Under the pieces are notes generated by a model. The model ran no database searches. It was not told the DNA's origin and saw only the letters and a list, made by a program, of their open reading frames with translations. A DNA stretch of 64,000 bases. Origin: an uncultured Bacillales bacterium. GTDB taxonomy: Bacteria; Bacillota_I; Bacilli_A; RFN20; CAG-826. The stretch spans positions 872 to 64,871 of the forward strand of contig CAMJAG010000001.1 of NCBI GenBank assembly GCA_946403545.1, given 5' to 3'. Made by a program: the position numbers and the translations under genes. Shown piece by piece: positions 36,646 through 45,694 of the stretch (positions are counted from its first letter, which is position 1; every line of letters starts with the position of its first letter).

Positions 36646-38314
36646 GAACTGCGTCCACTGCTGCTACAATTTTTGCATCATCGTAGAAGTCATCATATTC
36701 CACTTTATAATCTGGGTCTAAACCATCCTCAATCGGAAGATATAAGTTCTTTCCGTTTTCCTTTTTAACATATCTTAATGTCATAGTAGATGAGATGGTT
36801 AATGCTGTTCCGTCCGCTAAAACGGTAGGCATAACAGCGCACATTCCACCACCAGATTGTTTGCCAATAATCTTTGCAATTCCTTGCTCTTTTACAATAG
36901 AAACCGCTAAATTTGCTGCAGAGAATGTATTTTCTCCCGCTAATATTGTCCAAGTGTAATCGTTATAAGCATCACCTTCATATTTGCCATCTTCATCAGT
37001 GTCAATTAAGAATCCTGCTCTTTCATAAGTGTTATTTAAAGTATTGTAAATAGAATAGAAAACATCATCATCTGTCATAAAGCCTAAGAATCTAATTAAG
37101 GCGGCAAGATTACCACCACCATTAAGTGATAAGTCTACAACAATATCTTTAACTTCATCATGGGCTTTAATTCTAGTCATGCAATATTGCATCAATTTAT
37201 ATGTATCATATTGCCATGCTGAAGCACTATTGAGTTGATCTTTAGTGCCTGTAACAAAGCTATCAAATGTAATAATTGCAGTATCTCCAGAGAATCTTAC
37301 AGGATTTCTTTCAGGATTAATTTCTGCAATATTTCTTTTAGCAGTTAAATCATTTTTTAAATTGAAGTATGTATTCCACTTTGTTCCTCTTCTAGCTAAC
37401 GGAACGGTTGTGGAATCATCTCTATCCATATAATAAGTTCCAAAATCCACTCTTGAGTGGAGATCGTTTAATGTTTTAAATACAAAGTCAGTTATTCCTC
37501 TATAGTTATTTGCACCAACAGGAGATGTAATTAACGCTTTTGTGTTTGCGTCAATATAATCAATAGCCTTTGTATATCCTTTAATTTCTTTTAGACCATA
37601 GAAATAATCTAATAAGAATGCTAATGAACTCAAAGTAGCGTTACTAACATCTTCAGGAATCTCAGTTCCACACATAGGAGTGGTAAGTTTAATTAAAGTC
37701 GTTGCTTGAGCATCGCTTACTTCTCCAAACGCTCCATAAAGTTTATCTCCATTAAAGAAAACATTGTAATAATTTTGACTACAGAAAAGTATATTAGCGA
37801 TCACTAAAGGCAGTAAAACCTTATTATTTTCATATTTAATATCAAATCCATAATCACTTAATTTAAAGTTAAGTTGTCTAATTTGAGAAGCGTCAGATTC
37901 ATCTTTATTTTGTTTAAAATTAGCACTATAGTCAGTGGATAAAGATGTCATTGCAATTATGTTAAAGAATTGGCTATCTCCACGAATAACATCATTTTCC
38001 CAATCAATCTCAATAGCGCCATAGATTAAGAATGACATCATCATCTTCTTTTCATTAATATCTTTTTTAATACTAATATAATCAGAAATTAAATATCCTC
38101 TTAAATCTTTAACAAACTTTGCAATATCTACATAAGGAACATTACCTCCATCAGGAAAGAATAATTTCATCCTCTTTGTAGTTATTTGAAAATCAGGTGA
38201 AAGATTTTGAAAATAATATGTCTTTGCATTTTTGTCTAATAATGAACATCCAGTAGCCGCTAGACAAGACGCTACTAGAGGTAATAATGTAAATAATTTA
38301 ATTCTCTTTTTCAT
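36632..38314 (-). CDS. S41-family (C-terminal processing) peptidase lipoprotein
   Basis: Lipobox ATGCS, DLSLNGGGNLA (the S41 DLRNNxGG-type motif) and FSAANLAVS (catalytic Ser region). Confidence 0.6.
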   Translation of the reverse strand: MKKRIKLFTLLPLVASCLAATGCSLLDKNAKTYYFQNLSPDFQITTKRMKLFFPDGGNVPYVDIAKFVKDLRGYLISDYISIKKDINEKKMMMSFLIYGAIEIDWENDVIRGDSQFFNIIAMTSLSTDYSANFKQNKDESDASQIRQLNFKLSDYGFDIKYENNKVLLPLVIANILFCSQNYYNVFFNGDKLYGAFGEVSDAQATTLIKLTTPMCGTEIPEDVSNATLSSLAFLLDYFYGLKEIKGYTKAIDYIDANTKALITSPVGANNYRGITDFVFKTLNDLHSRVDFGTYYMDRDDSTTVPLARRGTKWNTYFNLKNDLTAKRNIAEINPERNPVRFSGDTAIITFDSFVTGTKDQLNSASAWQYDTYKLMQYCMTRIKAHDEVKDIVVDLSLNGGGNLAALIRFLGFMTDDDVFYSIYNTLNNTYERAGFLIDTDEDGKYEGDAYNDYTWTILAGENTFSAANLAVSIVKEQGIAKIIGKQSGGGMCAVMPTVLADGTALTISSTMTLRYVKKENGKNLYLPIEDGLDPDYKVEYDDFYDDAKIVAAVDAVHGGN

Positions 38315-38404
38315 ATTGAAATTATTATACGATATCTGTATTTATTTATAAATAAGTAAGAGGACAAATCATGTCCTCACACTACTTATTGACATATATA
38401 TAAA

Positions 38405-38930
38405 ATGAAAGAGCATTGGAACCCAGTGAAGTCATCTTGCTGATGGCTGGGGCCCAACCAAAAGAGAAGGATATTCGGGATACTGAATATCTAACAAGAC
38501 CTGTTTATCAGGTATTCCGGGATTAAAATACCGCTTTGGTTGGTGGCGCATAATGCTCTTCGATGTAAGTAGACACCCGAGTAGGCACTACAAGAGGCTC
38601 TGTAGCAATACATCCCACGATAAGATGTTAGTCTGAGAAACTAATATCTACGTTCTCAAAGAAAGTGTTTGGCTTGATGGTAAGCAATTACCTATAACTA
38701 CTTTGGTGGGCACTAGTAGGAGAATGCCAGCGAGTTTTGGATCTACGACAAGATAAAAAATATAGCTGAAGCTCTCTGAAAGTTGGAAGATGATGTAACT
38801 CTTCCCATGGTACGGTAGCAATACCCATTCCAGAAGTATTAGGGTCGCTCCCTCTTACTCAGCCTGGCGTGCATGTGTACGAAAAACAAATTAGAGTAAG
38901 TTATGTATGGCGAAGGTCATCAATGTACAA
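38405..38930 (+). ncRNA. Candidate large structured non-coding RNA (class unknown; ROOL/GOLLD-like size range)
   Basis: A ~530-nt intergenic stretch with no ORF in any frame and a GC content clearly above the ~30% background. It has many local hairpins and a long-range pairing (GAGCATT 38411-17 with AATGCTC 38557-63; CCAACCAAA with TTTGGTTGG), and ends in an intrinsic terminator. The strand is inferred from that terminator. Confidence 0.4.
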
Positions 38931-38934
38931 AAAA

Positions 38935-38966
38935 GGTGGATTCTTATGACTCCACCATTTTTATTT
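38935..38966 (+). terminator. Intrinsic terminator (first copy of a 37-nt repeat)
   Basis: GGTGGAttcttatgacTCCACC hairpin followed by ATTTTTATTT. Confidence 0.6.
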
Positions 38967-38998
38967 GTAGTATGAATGACACATGATAAAATGAATTC

Positions 38999-39829
38999 AT
39001 GAATAATGAAACAAATAAAAATGAATTAGAGAATGAGAAAGTTTATATTTTCATTTCGCATTCTCATAAAGATATAGAAAAAGTAAGAAAAATTAGAAAT
39101 TATTTAGAGAGTCTTGATTGTGAACCAATTCTTTTCTTTTTAAAAAGCAAAGATGATGAAGATGAGATAATTCAACTTATCAAAGACGAGATTGATGCTA
39201 GAGTTTGGTTTATTTATTGTAGATCTATAAATGCATCTAAATCTAAATGGGTTAATGATGAAGTAACATATGTTGAGCAAACAGGTAAAAACAACATAGT
39301 TATAGATATCGATGGATGCCTAGATGAAAATGGAGAATTAAAAAATAGCGTTAAAAATAAACTTAATGTCATTATTAACGGATTTAGAAACTTACAACAA
39401 TTGTATATTTCTTATTCACACAAAGACTCTGTTGAAGTTCTTCGTATTGTCCAGTTTTTAAAAAGATATGGTGTTGATTTGTTTTATGATGACATGACAC
39501 ATTTTGGATCAGATTGGAAACATTCTATTCATAATCAAATTGTTAAATCGCCATATTTTCTGGTTTTTTTAAGCAAACAATCCATTAATTCACATTTCAT
39601 TTATGATGAAATAAAGCTAGCACAATACTTTAATAAAGAAATAATTCCCGTAATTCTTTATAACAATATTAACGATTATTATTCAGTCATTGAATCAGAT
39701 GTTTTCCAAAAGAATTTTGCATACTTTTTAGTCTGTGAATTCGATACTTCTAGTGATGTTCAATTCAAAGTGTCCTCATTTAGACTGCTAAACACATTAT
39801 TAGAGCATTTCTTTACGGATTTTGAATAA
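38999..39829 (+). CDS. Tandem TIR-TIR domain protein
   Basis: Two TIR domains: the first carries VYIFISHSHKDIEKV, the second LYISYSHKDSVEV. 276 aa with no other domain. Confidence 0.8.
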   Translation: MNNETNKNELENEKVYIFISHSHKDIEKVRKIRNYLESLDCEPILFFLKSKDDEDEIIQLIKDEIDARVWFIYCRSINASKSKWVNDEVTYVEQTGKNNIVIDIDGCLDENGELKNSVKNKLNVIINGFRNLQQLYISYSHKDSVEVLRIVQFLKRYGVDLFYDDMTHFGSDWKHSIHNQIVKSPYFLVFLSKQSINSHFIYDEIKLAQYFNKEIIPVILYNNINDYYSVIESDVFQKNFAYFLVCEFDTSSDVQFKVSSFRLLNTLLEHFFTDFE

Positions 39830-39836
39830 AAGAAAA

Positions 39837-39868
39837 GGTGGATTCTCATGAGTCCACCATTTTTATTA
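39837..39868. terminator. Bidirectional intrinsic terminator (second copy of the 37-nt repeat)
   Basis: GGTGGATTCTCATGAGTCCACC hairpin followed by ATTTTTATTA; 35 of 37 positions match 38930-38966. Confidence 0.6.
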
Positions 39869-41101
39869 TGTTCGAGTAACTGAGAGGCTAACACTCCAAA
39901 CATAATAGAACATACTTGATGCATTCGCCGTAGGATGGTTTAGATTTAGCATAGCTTCTTCTATAAATAATGCATCTGATTTAGGTACTTTAATTGAGAA
40001 ACTATCCAAATCCGCACCATTGTTACTTTCTAAATGTATCGGGGTTTTATATTGGTTATTGAGTATAAACGACCCATTGATCCAATTACATAACAGCAAT
40101 AATTTTCTACCATAGTTATAGATATTAATCGTATATGTAATGTATTCAGTTGAAGATTCTGCGATCCATTCTTTTAAGTTAAATGGAAGTTTGTACTTCA
40201 ATGATGCATTTGAGGAATAAGTGCTATTTATGGTTGCACTGTTATCTTCAAATGTACTTGTTACACGTAGGCCTGCATAACTCTTATTAAGATTTATATA
40301 TTTATATTCTTCTAATAATGCTTCAGTTCCTAAATAAAGTTTCATTGAAATAGGACTTATTTTTGCAGGTGCAGTTGAGATACAACCTTTTGGTCTAGAA
40401 ACAGTGAATTTAATTCCTTTTAATATCTCTTCTTTATCTAATTTGTACATTCTATTGAAGACTGTGTAGTCATCATTTGAACGGAAGGTTCCACTATCAA
40501 TTAAAGATATTGCAGTATCTAACCTATAATCAACCCAATTAAATGTGTTAATTCCTACTACACCTTCTTCTTTTTCATAGTGGCTGAATTTTATAGTCAA
40601 ATAACCAACTGATTCAGTGTGTTGGAGATAGTATTGATAGTCTTCACTAAGCTTTAATTCATATGATTTTGACTTATTAGAACAAGAGATGTCTACACTA
40701 GGAAAATTGAAGTCTATAATCTGAGCTTCATTAGTGTCCAAATAGTTTGCGTAAATGTTTTCTGGAAGTTCCACATTGTCATAAATTGCTTTGCCAGAGC
40801 GATCCACTAATTTCTTTGAATTTAAGTTTGGCTTTTCGAAACAACCCATAAAGAGTTTGTCCTTCTTCTCTGTAGGTTGATATTCGAAAGTATTTATGTA
40901 TTGTATGGTATTTACTTCACCATCGTTTGCAATAACATTAACTTCCTTCCATGGAATTGGTTGTGGCTTATAATCCTCATCTAAAATCGGACAATTTGTT
41001 TCCCCTTTCATAGAAAAGGAACATGCACTGATAGATAATAACGAGACTGCTGTTATGAGTATTAAGCTAATTTTTCTTTTCATAATTGAGATCCTCCTCA
41101 A
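39866..41101 (-). CDS. Lipoprotein of unknown function
   Basis: Lipobox LLSISACS; 411 aa, beta-rich and Tyr/Asn-rich. Confidence 0.5.
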   Translation of the reverse strand: MRRISIMKRKISLILITAVSLLSISACSFSMKGETNCPILDEDYKPQPIPWKEVNVIANDGEVNTIQYINTFEYQPTEKKDKLFMGCFEKPNLNSKKLVDRSGKAIYDNVELPENIYANYLDTNEAQIIDFNFPSVDISCSNKSKSYELKLSEDYQYYLQHTESVGYLTIKFSHYEKEEGVVGINTFNWVDYRLDTAISLIDSGTFRSNDDYTVFNRMYKLDKEEILKGIKFTVSRPKGCISTAPAKISPISMKLYLGTEALLEEYKYINLNKSYAGLRVTSTFEDNSATINSTYSSNASLKYKLPFNLKEWIAESSTEYITYTINIYNYGRKLLLLCNWINGSFILNNQYKTPIHLESNNGADLDSFSIKVPKSDALFIEEAMLNLNHPTANASSMFYYVWSVSLSVTRT

Positions 41102-41124
41102 TTACAAAATATCACGAAAATAGG

Positions 41125-41433
41125 TTAAATACAATATCTATAGAATAAAAAGAAAGACACCCCGTCAAGGATGTCTATTGCGGATACCTCGAAGATATCA
41201 GCGAAAGTATTGACTGTATCAAGATTCACTGTTCCTTCGTTTTCAATTCTGCGTAAGTTTCTTACTGAATATCCAACGCGGTCTGCTAGCTCTTCTTGAG
41301 TCCAGTTTCTACTTTTTCTTAGGTTCTTGATGGATGTACCAATCAAGCGTGAATCAATTAATGTTCTCATAACTACTACCTCCCAAATTGATCTGCTACC
41401 TATATTGACAGGTTTTCCTGAGTTTTGATTCAC
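41125..41433 (-). CDS. XRE-family (Cro/C1-type HTH) transcriptional regulator
   Basis: HTH_3 region IKNLRKSRNWTQEELADRVGYSVRNLRRIENEG. The true start may be the internal Met at about 41370. Confidence 0.7.
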   Translation of the reverse strand: MNQNSGKPVNIGSRSIWEVVVMRTLIDSRLIGTSIKNLRKSRNWTQEELADRVGYSVRNLRRIENEGTVNLDTVNTFADIFEVSAIDILDGVSFFLFYRYCI

Positions 41434-41486
41434 TAAGTAGTTTATGAGCGTATATACTTTAAATTATCCTACGATTGTTGTCAACA

Positions 41487-41738
41487 CTAATTGTCAGAAA
41501 TTGATTCTGCAAGTTCTAATATTTGTACAAATGTTAAAGATTGAAGGTGTAGATACGCTTGAACAACAGCCAACTTATATTCAGTTCTATCTGTTGACCT
41601 AATAGCAATATCTCTAAACCTTCTAAATTCTACTCTTGTTTCTTGCTCTGTATCACTAAGGCATGTCATTACCATTTTATTAGTTGCTTCTAAAGTAAGT
41701 TGCCTCAAATATTTTTTCTTAGCCTCAACATCAACCAT
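41487..41738 (-). CDS. Small hypothetical protein between the TIR-MTase and XRE genes
   Basis: 83 aa, charged and alpha-helical, 8 nt downstream of the TIR-MTase gene. Confidence 0.35.
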   Translation of the reverse strand: MVDVEAKKKYLRQLTLEATNKMVMTCLSDTEQETRVEFRRFRDIAIRSTDRTEYKLAVVQAYLHLQSLTFVQILELAESISDN

Positions 41739-41746
41739 ATAAATAC

Positions 41747-43099
41747 CTATTTCTTAAATCCTACACAAACAAAGCGGTTAACTGCGTACCAAAAATCATT
41801 TCTAGAGAAACGATATTGGAGTTGCGTTAACAAATCTTCCATTTCATTGAACTCTGCTTTAGTTTGCTCATTTTCGTTTGCGATTAATTGAGCTTTAAAA
41901 TAATTCAATCTATAAGCAAAGCTTACTTTATAAAGACCTAATTTCTCTTCATAAGACATATGAGATGTTTCTGTAACAGTGCAATGCATTTTAACTTTGT
42001 TAAATCCTTCATGGACTAACCAAGAATAAAGTTTTCTACCATTGTTTCTATCAGACATTCCTTCAAGAGAATAAGATTTCTTTAAGACTTTTTCTATAAG
42101 CTCATCATCTCCATAAGAAATCTTACTGCCATCATCACTACCTCTAACAATAATCATTCCGCCTTTATTCATAAGAGCCTTTAAATTCTCTAATGCTTTT
42201 TCAGGATTTGTTAGATGATGGAGGACTAAGAAACAAGAAACAACATCAAAGCCTTTAATGCCCTTTTGCTTCATTATTCCCTGCATTTCCTCCATAAATG
42301 TTGGACTTTCAATATTTAATTGATAGAAAGAGAACTTACTATTTTTATTATTTTTATTTGCTTGTTCAATAGCACTTTCACTAATATCGATTCCCACTAC
42401 TTTAGTGTATTTTGCTTTTCTAAAAGCTTGTCTAGTTACATATCCTTGAGCGCAACCAACATCTAGAACTGTGTAATTGTTTTTGTCTAAATACATGTCT
42501 AAAATGCGTTGGTTTTCATCATCATATCTAGATCCTTGGCTTTTTAATCTTTCTGATTCATTAGTGAAATCAAATTCATAAATAGACCATCTTCCTTTGT
42601 AATCAATGCAATCTTTTGGTCTTGGTCTAGAAACTAAAAACCTATTAAACAATCTCTTTTGATAATCATTTACATCAAAAACATCACCAATTGGTTCACT
42701 ATGACAATCTCTAATTGCGTCAATTTCCTTTGGTAACTTTTTTGGATAATTAACTTTATCTAAGAATAAAACTAGAATATTTAATCCTTCAGTTTTTAAA
42801 GCGGTTTCTATTTCTTGTCTAACCCAGTCATCTTTTTTAAATATTCTCTTAGAAAATGTATCTGGAGTTACAAGAAGAATAAAGTCTTTGGAATTATGGA
42901 TTGCATTAGTTAACTGAGGTGGAAACATACCACCTTGAATTGATACCTTATCAAAGAAACTTAGATAACCATTATCCATCAAATTTCTATATAAAAGATA
43001 CGTTGGATATAATCCATCACTTCTTCTATATGAAATGAAAACATCATATATAAAATCTTTTCTCTTAATTTGAGTGTTTTTATTAATTTCTTCAGGCAT
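41747..43099 (-). CDS. TIR domain fused to a class I SAM-dependent methyltransferase
   Basis: N-terminal TIR (FIYDVFISYRRSDG ... ILLVTPD) and a C-terminal Rossmann MTase (motif I VLDVGCAQGYVT, motif IV-like DVVSCFLVLHHL). Confidence 0.8.
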   Translation of the reverse strand: MPEEINKNTQIKRKDFIYDVFISYRRSDGLYPTYLLYRNLMDNGYLSFFDKVSIQGGMFPPQLTNAIHNSKDFILLVTPDTFSKRIFKKDDWVRQEIETALKTEGLNILVLFLDKVNYPKKLPKEIDAIRDCHSEPIGDVFDVNDYQKRLFNRFLVSRPRPKDCIDYKGRWSIYEFDFTNESERLKSQGSRYDDENQRILDMYLDKNNYTVLDVGCAQGYVTRQAFRKAKYTKVVGIDISESAIEQANKNNKNSKFSFYQLNIESPTFMEEMQGIMKQKGIKGFDVVSCFLVLHHLTNPEKALENLKALMNKGGMIIVRGSDDGSKISYGDDELIEKVLKKSYSLEGMSDRNNGRKLYSWLVHEGFNKVKMHCTVTETSHMSYEEKLGLYKVSFAYRLNYFKAQLIANENEQTKAEFNEMEDLLTQLQYRFSRNDFWYAVNRFVCVGFKK

Positions 43100-43198
43100 A
43101 TTCAGTCCTCTTATTTATTAATTTTATAATAAAATAAAGAAAAATACTTTAATATGATAATATAAGAGTGAAGTATATTTACGTGAGGTATTAAACAT

Positions 43199-45580
43199 AT
43201 GTATCCTGAATTACTTGCTATTTTCATTATTACTGGAGTTGTTGAACTCGTTTTAATAGGTGTATTTTTTTATAACCTAATCAGATATAGATATCTTGGT
43301 AATAAATATTTTTACGTAACTGTAAGTGTATTAGTTCTTTTGATGTATTCAACATTCGTCAATAGATCATCAGATCTTTCTATTTCTATGTTTGGAAACA
43401 TAGTGTTTGACACTATTGCGGCAGCAGTAGGTAAAGTTGATACTGAAAAGATTTCTTGGCTGTTTTTACCGGGCGAATGGAATAAATGGCTAGTAATTTT
43501 CTACTTTATCGCCTCATATACAACATTCGCATTCTTATCCATCACAGTTATTCTTAACTTTGCAAAACTCTTCTTAAATGCATTTATTTTCTATAAAAGA
43601 CGAATTATAAATGGAGCAAATGTGTACTATTTGTTCACAGATTCTAGAAATGAAACAGTAATTCCTTTAGCCACTAAACTATTAGATGAAACAAAAGGTC
43701 GTAAAAACTCAGTTAAAGTTTTCGTTTCTAGAGCATCTTTAAAAACTCAAGAAGGTAATGAATTTAGAGATATGTTAGTGGGCTTAGGCATTCCTGTTCA
43801 AGCTGAAAAATTCTCATACAGGATGGCTAGAAAGATCTTTAATTCTAGATACTTCAAACTACATCTTTTTGATAAGCAACAATCGTTTATTTACTTACTT
43901 TTCTCAAATGACGAAACCACTACAAAAGTGGCAACTGATTTCAAAACAGCGATTCAAAAGAATCGTAAGTTTAAAAAAATTAACGACTTTGTAACTCTTT
44001 TAAAGGAAACAAAAGACAAAGATAAATTAGAGAAATTAAAAGAGAACTTTAATGAGAAAGAATATGATTTATTACAAAAAATCCAAATCTTTGTCACTTA
44101 TCAAGAAACAGATTTAGATATTCTCCATAACTTCTCTGGAGAGACATTGCATATCATGAATACTCTTTCTAAGTACGACATGATTGCTTCTAGATTTGTA
44201 TTTGATAATCCAATCTCTCAATTAGTGGACTTAAACAACATCAAACTTAAAGAAGACAATAAACATTTAAATGTTACACTCCTTGGTTTTGGTGTTATTG
44301 ATAGAGCAATATTTGAAAGAATGACATTCTCTTATCAACTTTATGGAGATAATATTAACAAAGTTAATTACCATGTTTTAGATAGAGATGCTGATTCTTT
44401 AATTAAACCTTATGTAAACGAATATACAGATAGAAATAACAGTGTTTATCTATACTCTATCGACTCCGCTTTCGATGGAGAAGATTTAAGACACTACGAA
44501 ACAATTGATAGATATATCTCATCATTGCAAAACGATCCAAACCGTTTCCAAGATGATGGTTTTGAAATCTTTGTTATTTCAGTCATAAACTCAAATAACG
44601 ATTTAAATATCGCGCTTAACTTAAGAAGAGCTATCTTAAAATACTTCAATGATAGATGTGAACAAGTTGTTATTTACGTCAGAGTTGCAGAAAGACTCAT
44701 TGGAGAACAATTCAGAGGTTCAAATCTTTCATACACATACGAAACTCTCTCTCATATTCACGAAGTAAAAGACTTCAATAAGAAATCTGATGTAGAGAAA
44801 GAAGCATACTTCAACTCATTCAAGGACGAGGAAGAAAGAAAAGCAGCAGAGAAAAGATTAATTAAAGATTTAAAAGCACCTATCATTCTCTTTGGTAATG
44901 ATGCAATTATGTCCACATATCTTGCTAGAGAACATAAATACTTCATGGGATTCGCTGAAAACGCTTGGAAATCCTACCAATTAGAACAAGCTTATAACAA
45001 TTATTCTGAAACTCAACTTGATAGATTATGGTTAAGACAAAATAAACAAGAAGTTAAAAATAACACTGATTATGTTCTTTCACTTAGAACAAAGCTAAAC
45101 TTATTTGGCTACAAACTAAATCTAAATAAACAAGAAAACCAATACTTAATGGTTCCTGGTGATGATGTTTCAATTCTTACTTCAGGTGAAAATGAAGAAA
45201 CATTCCTTGAAAGAACAAAACTTAAAGATGAAACTGGTGATGTTGCAAAAGTTCTTAAGATTGCTGATATGGAACATAACCGCTGGTTACAATCCAATAA
45301 CCAAAGATTTAGATATTTATCTAAAGATTACACAAAGGTCGAGGATCAAGAACTATTTGGAGTGAATAAATACACCAATGAAAAAGAAATCACAAGGAAA
45401 TATAACGACAATACACAACACATTTGTATGGTCACTAATGAGGGATTAAGAGACTTCTACAATTATGTTGGAAAGAAAAATCCTGAATATAAAGATGTCG
45501 CTTTAAAACTTGTGTACACAAACGATATTGTTCAGTTAAGAACGATAATCAAAAATGGAACAGAACAAAAGAATAAATAA
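43199..45580 (+). CDS. Membrane protein with four N-terminal TM helices and a ~650-aa cytoplasmic domain of unknown function
   Basis: 793 aa with a hydrophobic N-terminus and no recognisable motif in the soluble part. It is followed by a terminator. Confidence 0.55.
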   Translation: MYPELLAIFIITGVVELVLIGVFFYNLIRYRYLGNKYFYVTVSVLVLLMYSTFVNRSSDLSISMFGNIVFDTIAAAVGKVDTEKISWLFLPGEWNKWLVIFYFIASYTTFAFLSITVILNFAKLFLNAFIFYKRRIINGANVYYLFTDSRNETVIPLATKLLDETKGRKNSVKVFVSRASLKTQEGNEFRDMLVGLGIPVQAEKFSYRMARKIFNSRYFKLHLFDKQQSFIYLLFSNDETTTKVATDFKTAIQKNRKFKKINDFVTLLKETKDKDKLEKLKENFNEKEYDLLQKIQIFVTYQETDLDILHNFSGETLHIMNTLSKYDMIASRFVFDNPISQLVDLNNIKLKEDNKHLNVTLLGFGVIDRAIFERMTFSYQLYGDNINKVNYHVLDRDADSLIKPYVNEYTDRNNSVYLYSIDSAFDGEDLRHYETIDRYISSLQNDPNRFQDDGFEIFVISVINSNNDLNIALNLRRAILKYFNDRCEQVVIYVRVAERLIGEQFRGSNLSYTYETLSHIHEVKDFNKKSDVEKEAYFNSFKDEEERKAAEKRLIKDLKAPIILFGNDAIMSTYLAREHKYFMGFAENAWKSYQLEQAYNNYSETQLDRLWLRQNKQEVKNNTDYVLSLRTKLNLFGYKLNLNKQENQYLMVPGDDVSILTSGENEETFLERTKLKDETGDVAKVLKIADMEHNRWLQSNNQRFRYLSKDYTKVEDQELFGVNKYTNEKEITRKYNDNTQHICMVTNEGLRDFYNYVGKKNPEYKDVALKLVYTNDIVQLRTIIKNGTEQKNK

Positions 45581-45586
45581 CCTATG

Positions 45587-45615
45587 AAAAGCCATAGAAC
45601 TGGCTTTTCTTTTTA
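45587..45615 (+). terminator. Intrinsic terminator after the 793-aa membrane protein gene
   Basis: AAAAGCCAtagaacTGGCTTTT followed by CTTTTTAC. Confidence 0.55.
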
Positions 45616-45632
45616 CTTTACACTACAAATAC

Positions 45633-45645
45633 ACGCATAATGCGT
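45633..45645. promoter_or_regulatory. Perfect 13-nt palindrome ACGCATAATGCGT upstream of the ATPase-ClpP operon (candidate operator)
   Basis: An inverted repeat 50 nt upstream of the 45695 start, followed by a second palindrome, TTTGTAgaaaTACAAA. Confidence 0.3.
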
Positions 45646-45694
45646 TATATAATGGATTTGTAGAAATACAAATATAGCAATGGAGAATTAGATT

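Noticed and set aside
38361-38400. Possible promoter for the ncRNA (TTGACA at 38389-38394, followed by TATATATAAAAT)
   Set aside because: The -35 to -10 spacing is non-canonical and the region is generically AT-rich, so a promoter call would be a guess. A perfect AGGACAaatcaTGTCCT hairpin at 38361-38377 is noted but not interpreted.
38405-38930. Considered tmRNA, RNase P RNA, SRP RNA or a group II intron for the GC-rich element
   Set aside because: Nothing resembles the tmRNA tag reading frame or tRNA-like ends. No RNase P P4 AGGAAAGTCC-type core is present, and there is no group II domain V or intron-encoded RT. It is left as an unclassified structured RNA candidate.
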